A stretch of DNA of 63,429 nt, the filler included, from Octopus bimaculoides (Eukaryota): assembly GCF_001194135.2 (NCBI RefSeq). It is 11 parts of 9 records of this genome, joined end to end, with 100 filler letters (N's around TTAATTAATTAA, not from the genome) between each part and the next. Parts side by side here need not be neighbours in the genome. Positions count along the whole stretch, not along the records: positions 1 to 23,816 come from NC_068983.1; positions 23,917 to 28,435 come from NW_026361975.1; 9 more parts are not named here. One strand, written 5' to 3'. A program made the translations under genes and the position numbers. Shown here piece after piece: positions 10,541 through 23,934 of the stretch (position 1 is the stretch's first letter; each line of letters starts with the position of its first letter). Below the pieces are notes generated by a model. It saw only the letters and a program-made list of their open reading frames with translations, ran no database searches and was not told the origin of the DNA.

Positions 10541-11772
10541 GTAGAAAGCTGACAGAATCGTTAGCGCGCCGGATAAAAGGCTTAGCGGTATTTCATCCGT
10601 CTTTACGTTCTGAGTTCAAATTTCACCGAGGTTGGCTTTGCCTTTCATCCTTTCGGGGTCGATAAATGAAGTACCAGTTGAACACTGGGTCGATAAAATC
10701 GACTAGTCCTATCCTCCAAAATTGCTGCCCTTCTGGCAAAATTTGAAACCAGTAGTTTTGTTGTTGTTACTGCTGTTGCTGCTTTTAATGTTGTTGGCAT
10801 TGTTATTCAGGCGGCGAGCTGGCAGAAACGTTAGCACGCCGGGAAAATTGCTTAGCGGTATTTCGTCCGGCTTTACATTCTGAGTTCACATTCCACCGAG
10901 GTCGACTTTGCCTTCCATCCTTTCAGGTTCAATAAATTAAGTACCAGCCATGTATTGTGGTCGATGTGATCGACCTACCTCCTCCACAAAAAATTTCTGG
11001 CCTTGTGCCTAGAGTAGAAAAGATTACTATTATCATTGTTATATATTTAGTAGTTTCAATGGCGGCGATGTGGCAGAAACGTTAGCACGCCGGGCGAAAT
11101 GTTTAGCCGTATTTCGTCTGTCTTTACGTTCTGAGTTCAAATTCCACCGTGATCGACATTGCCTTTCATTCTTTAGGGATCGATAAATTAAGTACCAGTT
11201 GCATACTGCGGTCGATCTACTCGACTGGCCCCTCCCCAAAACCTTCAGGCTTTGTGCCTAGTGTAGAAAAGAATATTTAGTAGTTTCAATGGCGGCGANN
11301 NNNNNNNNNNNNNNNNNNNNNNNNNNNNNNNNNNNNNNNNNNNNNNNNNNNNNNNNNNNNNNNNNNNNNNNNNNNNNNNNNNNNNNNNNNNNNNNNNNNN
11401 NNNNNNNNNNNNNNNNNNNNNNNNNNNNNNNNNNNNNNNNNNNNNNNNNNNNNNNNNNNNNNNNNNNNNNNNNNCCTTTCAGGGTCGATAAATTAAGTAC
11501 TAGTTACGCACTGGGGTCAATGTAATCGACTTAATCCCTTTGTCTGTCCTTGTTTGTCCCTTCTATGTTTAGCCCCTTGTGGACAACAAGTGAAATGCTT
11601 AGCGGTAGTTCGTCTGTCTTTACATTCTGAGTTCAAATTCCACTGAGATTGACTTTGCCTTTCATTCTTTCGGGATCGATAAATTAAGTACCAGTTGCGT
11701 ACTAGGGTCGATCTAATCGATTGCCCTCGTCCCCAAAAATGTCGGGCCCTGTGTCTAGAGTAGAAAAGAATC
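10541..11772 (+). mobile_element. Cluster of at least 5 same-orientation SINE family B copies (one gap inside)
   Basis: Copies at about 10541-10755, 10810-11020, 11060-11273, 11290-gap-11590 and 11592-11772. Confidence 0.9.
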
Positions 11773-11785
11773 TTTAGTAGTTTCA

Positions 11786-13110
11786 GGCAAACTTCTGCCG
11801 CATCACCGGCTGCACCTCCGTATTGCTAGGGTGTGTGCACCTTTGTGAGTCTTTTTTTTTTTGTCATTGGAAGTGTGCAGATTCTTCCTTGCGTCAGTTT
11901 CTATTTTTTTATGAGGTGTAGTGCAGTCTTCTGTTGTATTAGTGTTTGTATTGTGTGTTATTTGTGTAATGCGTTGGGTAATCGTCCTTCTAGTGGTAGT
12001 TTTTTTCATTGGATGTTTGATGTATAGAGTGTGTCTTGTGTTTGTGGATTCTTTTGTTTAAGTTGTATTATTAAATTGATAGAGTCTTGCGAAGGATGTG
12101 GGCTGTTATTAGCAGTAGTTTTATTTTTACTACGTGCTTTTACTTCACTACCGAGTGTAGCTCTGTGTGCCTTGGGTATGTGCTGTGGTTTGTTTTAGTG
12201 TTGTTATTTATACTCGCGGCACTCTGTCGGTTGCGACGACGAGGGTTCCAGTTGATCCGATCAACGGAACAGCCTGCTCGTGAAATTAACGAGCAAGTGG
12301 TTCAGCACACCACAGACACGTGTACCCTTTACGTAGGAGATTCAGCGTGACACAGAGTGTGACAAGGGCTGGCCCTTTGAAATACAGGTACAACAGAAAC
12401 GGGAAGAAAGAGTGAGAGAAAGTTGTGGTGAAAGAGTACAGCAGGGTTTGCCACCACCCCTTGCCGGAGTCTCGTGGAGTTTTAGGTGTTTTCGCTCAAT
12501 AAACACTCACAACGTCCGATCTGGGAATCAAAACTGCGATCCTACGACCGCGAGTCCGCTACCCTAATCACTGGGCCATTGCGCCTCCACTATTTATACT
12601 ATATTGAAAGTGTTCTACATATGATGCGTGTGGTGCCTAAACTTTCTATTTTCAATGTGTCATATATATTCGTAAGCTGGAGTTTTCTTTTTTCTGTAGA
12701 CTTTTTATCACCTATTACTATAGAGATTGTTTCTGCCTTCGGGTTCTACATTCGAGATATCTCTATTTCCAGGTGTTTATATTTCGAGAGTTTCTCCATA
12801 TCTTTTATAAATACATTGTCTTCTATTGGAATTAATATGTCGATCAGAAAACATTTTAATTTCTTGATGGTCTTTGACAATATCTGGCCGATTAACCCTG
12901 ACCTCCCTATCTATTAGTTTTGCTATATGCCAGAGTATGGCTGCTTTTATTCGCTATGCTTTCATTTGATGGTTGTTTAACTCAAATATTCTGTGAATAT
13001 TCTTTTTATATTTCATTTTTGTATTTAGTTTGCAAGATTCTTGACGTGAAACTGGCATAATGACTCTTTTCCCCAAGTTACGACAAAATTCTGAGAATGT
13101 TTAGCATAGA
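11786..13110 (-). mobile_element. 3' remnant of an RLE-type non-LTR retrotransposon (endonuclease pseudogene 12599-13110 plus 3' UTR), interrupted by a SINE
   Basis: Minus-strand translation with frameshifts: KAAILWHIAKLIDREVRVNRPDIVKDHQE..FLIDILIP...EKLSKYKHLEIEISRM...SLGTTRIICRTLSI* (stop at 12599-12601). Confidence 0.85.
12215..12590 (-). mobile_element. Full-length tRNA-derived SINE, family C
   Basis: Head GTGGAGGCGCAATGGCCCAGTG with A/B boxes; 10-bp TSD TATTTATACT at 12205-12214 and 12591-12600. Confidence 0.93.
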
Positions 13111-13134
13111 TATTTTATTTTCTTCTTGCCTCAA

Positions 13135-13490
13135 CCATAAGACTGCGGTCATTCTGGGCCAGAATTTTTAGTCGAATGAATCGATCCCAGTGCTTACGTT
13201 TTTAAAGCCTGGTACTTATTCTATCGGAACCTTTTGCCGAACCGCTATGTTAGGAAGACGTAAACACGCCAACATCGGTTGTCAAGCGGGACAAACAGAG
13301 ACACAAAGACATACACACACACACACATGACGAGCTTCTTTCAGTTTCCGTCAACCAAATCCATTCACAAGGCTTTGGTCGACTCGAGGCTATAACCGAA
13401 GACACTTGCCCAAGCTGCCACGCAAAGCGACTGAACCAGGAACTACGTGGTTGGGAAACAAGCTGCTTACCACAGCCACATCTGCGTCTA
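13135..13490 (-). mobile_element. SINE family A
   Basis: Similarity to the other family A copies over its full length. Confidence 0.88.
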
Positions 13491-14188
13491 TGAATCTATC
13501 AAAATATTTTATACAACTAGCTCAAAAAATATTGTTGTTTTTGTTATAGTTTTCATTACAGAACTAATCTAATTTGTTTCAATGGGTGGTCCTAAACGGA
13601 TTGTTAGAAACAGAACCACGATTTAAATGATTCTTTCTTGAACCTAGAGACAGCGAGAAATAATTTCTGACATTTTTGTATAGATGCTGACAGTTTAAAA
13701 ATATAGCTGACATTTTTAGAGAGCATCGGCCATAAAGTTACATAATACAATCACACAGGCGTCTTTAAATGTTACCATCTCATTCGTGTATGAGATATTT
13801 ACGTTCAGTTTTATTGTATATTTATCTTTTGTCACCAATGACGAAAATAATGCTGTTGTTGTTGTTGTTGTTGGCAGTGACAGATTACTAACAGATCGAT
13901 CATTGGTTCACTGTATATGTATAAGCAAAGATAACATGTGTCTAGTTTCGGTACAGAATAAATATCAACAGGAGACTGAAAAGCACCGAATGTGTGTGTG
14001 TGTCTGCGCGTGCGCGCGTGTACATGTGTATGTATCTGTGTATATACGTGTGTGTGTATCTGCGTGTATATGTATATACGTGTGTGTATGTATGTGTGTA
14101 CGTGTGTGTGTATCTGTGTGTATACGTGTATACGTGTGTGTGGGTATACGTTTGTGTGTGTGTATCTCTGTGTATACATTTATACGGA

Positions 14189-14329
14189 GTGGAGGCGCAA
14201 TGGCCCAGTGGTTAGGGCAGCGGACTCACGGTCGTAGGATCGCGGTTTCGATTCCCAGACCGGGCGTTGTGAGTGTTTATTGAGCGAAAACATCTAAAGC
14301 TCCACGAGGCTCCGGCAGGGGATGGTGGT
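14189..14329 (+). mobile_element. SINE family C, 5' part running into a gap
   Basis: GTGGAGGCGCAATGGCCCAGTGGTTAGGGCAGCGGACTC...GGTTTCGATTCC. Confidence 0.92.
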
Positions 14330-14603
14330 NNNNNNNNNNNNNNNNNNNNNNNNNNNNNNNNNNNNNNNNNNNNNNNNNNNNNNNNNNNNNNNNNNNNNNN
14401 NNNNNNNNNNNNNNNNNNNNNNNNNNNNNNNNNNNNNNNNNNNNNNNNNNNNNNNNNNNNNNNNNNNNNNNNNNNNNNNNNNNNNNNNNNNNNNNNNNNN
14501 NNNNNNNNNNNNNNNNNNNNNNNNNNNNNNNNNNNNNNNNNNNNNNNNNNNNNNNNNNNNNNNNNNNNNNNNNNNNNNNNNNNNNNNNNNNNNNNNNNNN
14601 NNN

Positions 14604-14648
<45 letters not shown>

Positions 14649-15474
14649 CACATATATGTTTATATATGCACACACATACATAGAGGGAAAGTGAAATCAT
14701 CAAATGAATTAATAAATTTGCCATATAGAAATATGAAATAATTTATAAAATTCGAGTCGACTGAGGCTTGAAGTTTTCAATAAATTATTTCATATTTTTA
14801 TGTTGTAAATACATTCAATGACTTCTCTCTGACCCTCTCTGCATATACATATGTATATTACACAAACATACGTACATACACATACACACACATACGTACA
14901 CGCATACACATACACACGCACATACGCACGCACATACGCGCACACATACATACACGTTATAAGGTGAACAACATGAACTTTACAATAAAATTTTATTGTA
15001 CACTTAATATTGACTCCCCACCTCCAATCAACCGTAAATGTCCCATTGTTATTCTTAAACTAGATTTAAAATAATTACCTTTTTTGTAGTATTTAATTTA
15101 AACAATAAACTACTGATGAAATGAAAATAAAATTAGTTTTGGAAAATATTGTTTTGAACTTTTCTTAAATTCTAAAATATATTGCTCGTAATTTCAAGCA
15201 GGAAACAGTTAATTTAAACAGAAAAAGAAAACATATAAACATCTCATAGCTTCAGGGAAGAAAACAATCAAACGTTGTGTTGTCGTTCGTTCGTACTTTC
15301 TGGAAAATCGAAAACAATGTTGTGATAATCATTCACTAATATAATTCTATTTTAGTAAGCTAACGAAGTAACGCCGTTAATAGGGGATGGGGGTTAAAGA
15401 GGGTAAAGGAGGAGGGAGAGATAAATCAAATTAAAATAAAATAAAAACAAGATAAAATAAAGCAAAATGTAATA

Positions 15475-15753
15475 CAGTAATCCTAAGCCATATCGTGGTT
15501 CACCTATCGCGGTTCCCTTATCACAATTCACCTGTCGTGTTTCACCTGTCGCGGTTCACCTATCGTGATTTATCATTTAAGCTTATGTAGGTTCCTCCGT
15601 AGTGGTACTTTGCATTCATAATAAAATGAATATATACAAATTATAACACTAATTTAAAAAAATATACAGTACACTACTGTTTCTTCTTCGCGGATTTTCA
15701 CCTATCGCGGGGCGTTTTGAAGAGTAACACCCGCGATAGTCGAGGGATTACTG
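15475..15753. mobile_element. pogo/Tigger-type MITE with internal TTCACCT(A/G)TCG repeats
   Basis: TIR CAGTAATCC / GGGATTACTG, TA TSD on both sides. Confidence 0.88.
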
Positions 15754-15846
15754 TAGTGTACAAGGAGGTATGAGGAAGTTTAATTTTCATGATAAATTTA
15801 GAGATGTAAAAGTTTTAAAGGTTCATGCATGTATGAGATTAAGAAA

Positions 15847-16268
15847 TAGAGCTGGATTAAGACCCATAGGGGCCCCAAGCACTTAAGAGATTTTGGTGCC
15901 CCCATATATACGTAATTCAACATATAAACAATAATATACCATAAAATAAAGTTTTATTTTTCATAATGAAACAAAACTAACGGTAAGGTGGATAAAAATG
16001 CTTGTTTTTATGTACTTCCACTTTATTTATATTTAAAAAGTTTTCTTTTACTTTTTTAATGGCAAAATCTTTGATCAGCTCCTCAAAATTATCTTTGATA
16101 TTTGCTTTTATATTTACAAGAGATAAGACAACCCGAATATTATTTTAGCAAGTTTAAAAGTGATTACTTTTGTGCCGTAAACCATTTACCATTTCTGTGG
16201 TCCCCCCCCCCACTTCTCTTGACGCCCTAAGCACGTGCTTATCTTACTTAATGGTTAATCTAGTGCTG
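15847..16268. mobile_element. hAT-type MITE
   Basis: Degenerate TIR TAGAGCTGGATTAA / TTAATCTAGTGCTG; 8-bp TSD TTAAGAAA / TTAAGGAT (6 of 8 match). Confidence 0.7.
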
Positions 16269-18379
16269 TTAAGGATAAATAAAGGGTTTATGGATATGAA
16301 AGTAAATATAAATGTAGATGGGTAGATAAATAAGTAGACGGACTAACAAATATTTGTTTCCTTCATCTATTAAATATTTCATAGATTAAGCATGCTGATG
16401 CCTATTTCCCTTTCGTTTATCATGTGGAGGCTATCTCTTAATTATTTAATTTCCTAACAATTCCATCATTTTCTTTTCTGTGCCAACAAATACACTTGTC
16501 TTACGAATTCGTATACTACAGCGTCAACAAATAATATCGAGACTACAAGTTTAGCGATAGTACAAAAATAGCTACAGTACACAAAAAAAATAAGAGGTCG
16601 TCTTGTTTTCCTGTCATGTTAGGAAAACAAAACAAATAATAACTGCACTCAGAATATACCAGCCCCAAAGCAACACAGAAATATTGTATTTACCACGAAT
16701 ATAAAGAAAAAATAAGGTCTTCGACAAGAAAACATATAAATTACCTATTGTATTTGTGGTAATGAATCAATAGAAGATGGAATACTCCATAGATTTTACA
16801 GCATTTTGGGGCGAATATAAAATCGTACAAAACTGTATTCGAATTTCAGTGTGTACATCTGTTTCTGTGTATGTGTGTGTGTATATGTATTACGCGTGTA
16901 ACACTGTAAGTGTCTATCTATCTATCTATCTATCTATCTATNNNNNNNNNNNNNNNNNNNNNNNNNNNNNNNNNNNNNNNNNNNNNNNNNNNNNNNNNNN
17001 NNNNNNNNNNNNNNNNNNNNNNNNNNNNNNNNNNNNNNNNNNNNNNNNNNNNNNNNNNNNNNNNNNNNNNNNNNNNNNNNNNNNNNNNNNNNNNNNNNNN
17101 NNNNNNNNNNNNNNNNNNNNNNNNNNNNNNNNNNNNNNNNNNNNNNNNNNNNNNNNNNNNNNNNNNNNNNNNNNNNNNNNNNNNNNNNNNNNNNNNNNNN
17201 NNNNNNNNNNNNNNNNNNNNNNNNNNNNNNNNNNNNNNNNNNNNNNNNNNNNNNNNNNNNNNNNNNNNNNNNNNNNNNNNNNNNNNNNNNNNNNNNNNNN
17301 NNNNNNNNNNNNNNNNNNNNNNNNNNNNNNNNNNNNNNNNNNNTATATATATAATTTCTTACATATATAGGGTAAAAAATAATAATTAATCAATAATTAG
17401 TAATTTTACCAAGTCGTTCGGTGTGTTAAAAGACCATTATCGGTAAAAGTTAAATAAACATAATTAAAATTAGGGTTCAGCAAGAATTGCTTCACCACAC
17501 ACCGAAAATTAGAAATAGCAGTCAAAACTATTATTTCTCTACCAAAATATAACTCCCAGACAGACAATTACTCGCAACTACAAAGGAAAAAAAGAAAAAA
17601 TAACGATTTCACCCGGCTTTGATTAACTGCATACGCGTTTCAGGATTAAAGAGGTGTAAATTATATTACCTGAACTTATTTCCTTCGTCAGTCCAGTATT
17701 TCAAAATTATAAATCTAAGAATGCTAATAAAAGAATTTTTGTTTATCTTCAACTAGTGAATCTAGCTAAGTTGCAAAAGTATAACAAAACCACGACCACC
17801 ATTCGCTAACGTGTATTATTTGGTAGTAAGTACCATTCTTTAAGGGCATATTTACCTCCCTTCTAAAGCAGAATTCGTGTTAGCAGAGAATACTGCATTA
17901 TTTACCATAAGAGAACCTCTCATATGGACTTGGTGGGGCATAAAAGCACTTGGGTTTATATCGCCAGCGATATAAACACGAGTGCTTCAAGTGGGAAGTA
18001 AATATTACCTTTTCGTATTAATACTGTTTCTGTCGCTATCAATTATTTGCCATTCTTTTGCTTATTGTTTCAGGTGTTCTATATAAACAAAGGCAAGCTC
18101 AGACACCCTAACGGACCTTCCACTCTTTGACTCAGTGGAGCGTTGAGGATGGGGCAGCTGGATGGATGGAGAGAGAAGTCTGCATCGGCTCTTAGGTGGT
18201 ATCCACTTGCAGTTAAGTAGACTGATGTGCTTTGCTCAGAAACATAACATGACACCCGGCCTAGGAATCGATCCCACTACTTTGTGATTTATGAAGTTAG
18301 TATCCTAAATAATATAGAATTAATTCTGTCTTCTTAGATGCATAACAAAAAAGAAGGATAAAGCTCCTTCCCTAGTCAT

Positions 18380-19005
18380 TTAAACACATAAGGCCGGTTT
18401 CCCAGTTTCTCTAGCGTATATAGTTCCCTTGGATGGGAGACCTGTCCGTTGCCGGATCACTTATTTTTGCCAGCTGAGTGAACTGCGACAACGTGAAATG
18501 AAGGGTTTTGCTCAAGAACACAACGCATTGCCCCGTCCTGAAATTGAAACCACAATCTTACGATCATGAGTCCTACACGCTAACCACTAAGACATGAGCC
18601 TCCACTTAGGCATGGACAAAAGTTCATCGTTCAATACATCACAGATTCGGCTATTTTGTTTCATAATGCAAGTACACATGGGCAGTGTGTTGGCATTAAA
18701 AGAAAATGGCACTCCGTCGGTTGCGACGACGAGGGTAACTATTGATCCGATCAACCGAACAGTCTGCTCGTGAAAATAAAGTACAAGGTGGTTGAGCACT
18801 CCACAGACACGCGTACCCTTAATGTAGCTCTCTGGGAGATTCTGTGTGACACAGAACGTGACAAGGCTGGCCTTTTGTAACAACTCATTTTTTGGCAGCT
18901 GAATGAGCAGGAGCAACGGGAAATAAAGTGTCTGCACCACCAGGAATCGAACTCACAACCTTATGATTGTGAGCCAAATACCCTAACCACTACGCCACTC
19001 GCCTT
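18380..19005 (-). mobile_element. Two SINE family D-type copies (about 18380-18603 and 18710-19005)
   Basis: tRNA-like heads on the minus strand (GAGGC..GTGGCGTAGTGGTTAGGG...) and bodies shared with 8575-8900 and 32060-32235. Confidence 0.8.
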
Positions 19006-19499
19006 CACAAACGTTAGAACGTCGGAGGAAAAGCTTTATAGTATCACGTTACGCCTCAGATATACGTTTCAGTTTCGAATCCCACAGAGGGCAGCTACAT
19101 TGTTTCATCAGTCCTGTGTGGATAAAACTTAGCACCTATCAAACTTTAGAGTAACGGCCTCATCAACTATACCCACCTTCACAATACGCAAGTATTTGTT
19201 AAAGTTTCAAATCAATAACCAATAAGACACGTAAGTAGATCGAAGAGAATTGACAGATGAGGTTACCAGATAAAAAAGAACAGAAGGAAGGAAGGAAACT
19301 CTACGTATAATTCCTTTGACGATTCAGTTTTAATGTCTCTATCACAAACTCCCTATTCTCGCTATATTCCAGCTAGAAAAGATCTGCAATTTTATGGCTT
19401 TCTTATCTAAAATATTAGAGTCGGATATTCCCAAACTAGATATTAATCTCGCTATTATATTTTCTTATTGCTGGAAATATTTTCTGTGATGCCACTAAA

Positions 19500-19619
19500 T
19501 CACAAAGATATACACTTATATATATGTGTGTGCATGTTTGTGCGTGTGTGTGTTTATGTATATATAGAGGTGTATATCAATGTATGCATGTGTATATATA
19601 TATATATCTGTGTATATAT

Positions 19620-19696
<77 letters not shown>

Positions 19697-19890
19697 AATA
19701 TATACATATATATGTACATATACATACATATATATATATATATACATATACGCATATATATACATATACATATATACATATATATATACATATGTACATG
19801 TATATATACGCGCACGCACACATACATAGACAAATGCTTACACATGCACACAGATGCGTGTGTGCGTGTGCATGTGTGCATGTGTGCATG
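19500..19890. repeat. (TA)n / TA-CA compound microsatellite
   Basis: Direct reading. Confidence 0.95.
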
Positions 19891-20324
19891 TGTGTGTGTA
19901 TTTTTTCACCATCGATAACTTTTGCTATTATCGAAAAACAGATCTAAATCGTCAGCATCACCACCACCATCATCATCATCAACAACAACATCATTATTAT
20001 CATGATGTTTTTGTTGTTGTAACTGCTTTTTTTTGCACAGTATGCCATTGAAAATATATTTTATAACGTTTAAACGAAATCTATAAACTCCATGTTTTTT
20101 TTTGGGGGGGNNNNNNNNNNNNNTGTGTGTGCATGTGTGTGTCGCGTTACATTTGTGGTCATAAACAAACTTAGAAATAGAAACTATGGATCAAATGTAG
20201 AGAGAAAAACCACAGACGTAAATGACTCTCTACCTAGAGATACACGATTTCCAGAATGTATGTCTGCATTGTATTTCATTGTTTTGTAACGTTTATTAGC
20301 GGACATCATTTGCCGCGTGTGTAA

Positions 20325-20560
20325 AGGCGCGTAGCCTAGTGATAAGGGGTGCGGCATGGCCATGATTACGATCTCTGAAGCGAGCGTTGTGTTGTGCTCT
20401 TGAGCAAAAAACTTTATTTCATGTTGCTTAAATTCACTCAGCTGTAAAGGAATAAACCTACGAAGGACTGATGCCCCGTTCAGGAGTGAGTGTTGTGATC
20501 TTGGTCATTTGTACGCCATAGAAATCTAGTAACCGGTCGTATGAGCCACAGGACTCGAGG
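20325..20560 (+). mobile_element. Degenerate SINE family D
   Basis: AGGCGCGTAGCCTAGTGATAAGGG...GTGCTCTTGAGCAAAAAACTTTATTTC. Confidence 0.7.
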
Positions 20561-21129
20561 CAGTAATGTCCAGGGGACTTTACTTTCAATATTTACCATG
20601 TGACCCTACCCACTTGCACATACTCACATACACATGCAGACACACACTTTAAAGATGTCAGCCGTTCGTCGAATGAGGTTTACTCGAATGACAAACTTTA
20701 TATTTCTTATACGTTTAACTCTGACTACATTCCATATAAAGTAAAATCCAGCATGCAAGGATACTGGTGATGGTTGGTCACAATTGGTCAACAGGAGAAT
20801 TAGATCAGTTAATATTCTGAATGAAATGAAGGGGGGTGACGTTTCGGTTGGAAACCCTTTATCTGATAGTAAGCAAGACATGTATATTAAACAATGAGAA
20901 AGAGCTCCAAAATTCTTAATTTTTTATGGCAAATCAATTTATCAGTGTCCTAAGAATTGGAAACAGCTAAAATACTACGAAGATGTTTGGATTGACTAAA
21001 AGGAATGGGAAAGGCAAGTCAGAGGCTGCTTTGTGCCTGAGGCTACTGATTGAAGCCCGCTAGTGAAGCAGAACGGAGACCTGGTATCAACAAACATCCT
21101 CATAAAAAATCATTAATACAAATAATAAT

Positions 21130-21335
21130 ACTCCTTTCTAATATAGGCCCAAGACCTGAAATTTGAGAGTGGGGATTATTGATTAAATCGTCCCCAGTAC
21201 TCAACTTGTAATAATTTTATCGACTCCGAAAGGATGAAAGGCAAAGTCGACCTAGGCGGAATTTGAAATCAGAACTTAAACAAAGACGAAACACCGCAAA
21301 GCATTTCGCCCGGCGTGCTAACGATTCTGCCAGTT
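21130..21335 (-). mobile_element. SINE family B
   Basis: Reverse complement of the family B consensus. Confidence 0.88.
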
Positions 21336-21524
21336 CGGTGATGCGTTGTGCTTTTCACCGAAACACTTCATTTCATATTGTTCCCATTCCGTCTTACAAG
21401 ACTAACATTAAGATGGAAAATAAGGTTAATTTTCGGAAAGTTCTCAGCTAGTTTTTTAATTACAAAGTCTTTGATTAGATTCTCCCTATGACACCATGAA
21501 CACTTTGAAATTATATTTCTGATC

Positions 21525-21684
21525 AGGTCTGGCCGTGTGGTAAGAAGCTTGCTTCCCAACCACATGGTTCCGGGTTCAGTCCCACTGCGTTTCACTTTGG
21601 GTAAATGTTTTCTACTATAGCCTCGGGCCGACTAAAGACTTGTGAGTGGTTTTGGTAGACGGAAATTGAAAGAAGCCTGTCGTG

Positions 21685-21690
<6 letters not shown>
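21525..21690 (+). mobile_element. SINE family A, 5' half
   Basis: GCCGTGTGGTAAGAAGCTTGCTTCCCAACCACATGGTTCCGGGTTCAGTCCC. Confidence 0.9.
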
Positions 21691-21724
<34 letters not shown>

Positions 21725-21729
<5 letters not shown>

Positions 21730-22330
21730 TTCTCATTTTCTATAATTTGGTATTCTGACTTTTGCCTGAAGTAAAGAACTGCATAATTATTTTAACGCAT
21801 TTTATGAAGGTAGTAGCTGTGTTAGTGTTTGTCACTTAAATTGGTTTCTAATAATTTGATAAATTTTGATGAAAAAAGATTTTGAACGTTTGTTGTTACA
21901 CACAGCAGTCCGATAACTGTGAAAGGGAAACTGCTTGGAAGTTTCGTTTTTAAAACAGTTGTTGAAATTTGCAAAACTCTTATTCTGTTCTTTATCACAA
22001 AGTTCAATGAAGTTAATTTCCTACTGCAAGAAAAAGAGATTAATCCTTATATAAGGAAAGTTAATCCTCTCCTCGTTTCTATTCGAGTTAAAGCTATTCA
22101 AATGTAACATTAAGCTGTAGTTAGTTTTTCCAGTTTCCGAGCCTTTCTGAATTGAAGGAAAGCGCATTCAACAGTATTTTTCACATTTGGATGAGCTGCA
22201 CAGAGACATGTCTGATAGATTTCAAGATATTTATTTTTGCTTGAAATATCAGTTTGGGTGATTCTAAGATATTAGTAATGAGGAAACAACAGAAGTGGAG
22301 GAAGAACTGGTTTTCTCTTTGAAATGTCAT
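21725..22330 (+). mobile_element. Decayed hAT (Charlie/SCAND3-type) transposase fragment
   Basis: DFERLLLHTAVR*L*KGKLL matches the hAT motif LLLHTEVRWLSKG; downstream KFNEVNFLLQEK matches the KLNELNLQLQGK motif. Confidence 0.7.
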
Positions 22331-22374
22331 TGAGCTGAGCCAAATGTCAAAAGATCGTGTCAGGATTTCTTTCT

Positions 22375-22795
22375 ATTATAGGTACAAAACCTAAAATTTA
22401 GTGGAAGCGGGATAGTCGACTACCTAAACCCCAACACTTTGCTACTACTCCGTTTTAAAGACCCCGAAGAAAAAGCCGACTTCAGAATTTGAACTCAGAG
22501 CATAAGTACGAAAATAATGACGCTGTTTTGTCTGGCGTGCAAGCGATTTTGTTAGCTGACCGCTTTCGATACTCTAATCATTGTTTCTATTATAGGCACA
22601 ACACCTGAAATTTGGGAAAGGGGATTAGTCGATTATATTGACCCCCAGTACTTAAGACATACTTATTTTATCGACCCCGAAAGAAAGAAAGTCAAAGTCG
22701 ACCGCGGCGGAATTTGAACTCAGAACGTAATGACATACGACATGCCACAAAACGTTTTGCCTGGCATGCTAACGTTTCTGCCAAATCGCCTCTTT
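22375..22795 (-). mobile_element. Two adjacent SINE family B copies
   Basis: Reverse complement of the family B consensus twice. Confidence 0.85.
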
Positions 22796-23090
22796 CTCTA
22801 ACAATAATAACAATTACACAACAACCTTAATCCTGGGAGATTATTTTTATTAATATAAAAACGTATTGAAAATCATTCAATGTAAATAGAATGAATCATA
22901 ATCGATTGAACTCCAACTGTGTGAAGTAGCAAAACTCTTGTCGTTTAACATAACATCTTAAACAAATATTGGCCACGATATCTGATCAGATCAATAAAAA
23001 AGTATTATACATTGATTGAACTAAATGTAACTTGAATACTAATGTTTCTGAGCTGTAGTTTTCTGTCTCTTATTCTTTTTCTTTTCAAAC

Positions 23091-23250
23091 AGGCGCTGGC
23101 TTGACTGTATAGTAAGAAGCTTGCTTCCTGAGCACACACTTCCTAGTTCAGTCCCATAGCGTGACACCTTGGGCGTGTGTCTTCTACTATAGCCTCAGGC
23201 GGACCAAAGCCTTGTGAGTGGATTTGATTGACGGAAACTGAAAGAAGCCC

Positions 23251-23287
<37 letters not shown>

Positions 23288-23298
23288 GNNNNNNNNNN

Positions 23299-23341
<43 letters not shown>

Positions 23342-23554
23342 CCGTCTTTTGTCAATGTTAATTCCCCCAGCACTTGACAACCGGTGTTGGTATGTTTGCG
23401 TCTCCATAACTTAGCTGTTCGGCAAAAGATACTGACAGAATAAATATCAAGCTTAAAAGAATATAAAAACTTGAATCGATTAACTCGACTCAACATTTCT
23501 CAAGGTAGTGCCCCAGCATGGTCTCAGTCTAATGACTGAAACAAGTAAAAGAAT
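23091..23554 (+). mobile_element. Full-length SINE family A with internal (TG)n
   Basis: Head, (TG)n spacer and tail ACTGAAACAAGTAAAAGAATA. Confidence 0.9.
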
Positions 23555-23760
23555 ACACACACACACACATATGTGTGTGTGTGTATTCTTTTATTAGAAG
23601 ACTCTAATATTTTTTTAAGTCGTTAATCTTCTTTATTCTTTGCCCGATAAATCCGCCATATTAAACTGTCGTTATTCAGTTTATCTCACCCATTAACCAA
23701 TATGAATCTATATATTTCTCACAAGAGCTTTTTTCCAGGGTTGTGTGCAAAATATGCTTT

Positions 23761-23816
<56 letters not shown>

Positions 23817-23934
23817 NNNNNNNNNNNNNNNNNNNNNNNNNNNNNNNNNNNNNNNNNNNNTTAATTAATTAANNNNNNNNNNNNNNNNNNNNNNNNNNNN
23901 NNNNNNNNNNNNNNNNGGGGGGGGTGTATGCATA

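Noticed and set aside
10541-11785. Regularly spaced repeats resembling a CRISPR array
   Set aside because: Units are about 230-bp SINEs in eukaryotic DNA; no repeat-spacer structure or cas genes.
14189-14265. tRNA-like cloverleaf with A and B boxes (also 12510-12590, 48020-48098, 62700-62778)
   Set aside because: Each continues into a SINE body; these are SINE heads, not tRNA genes.
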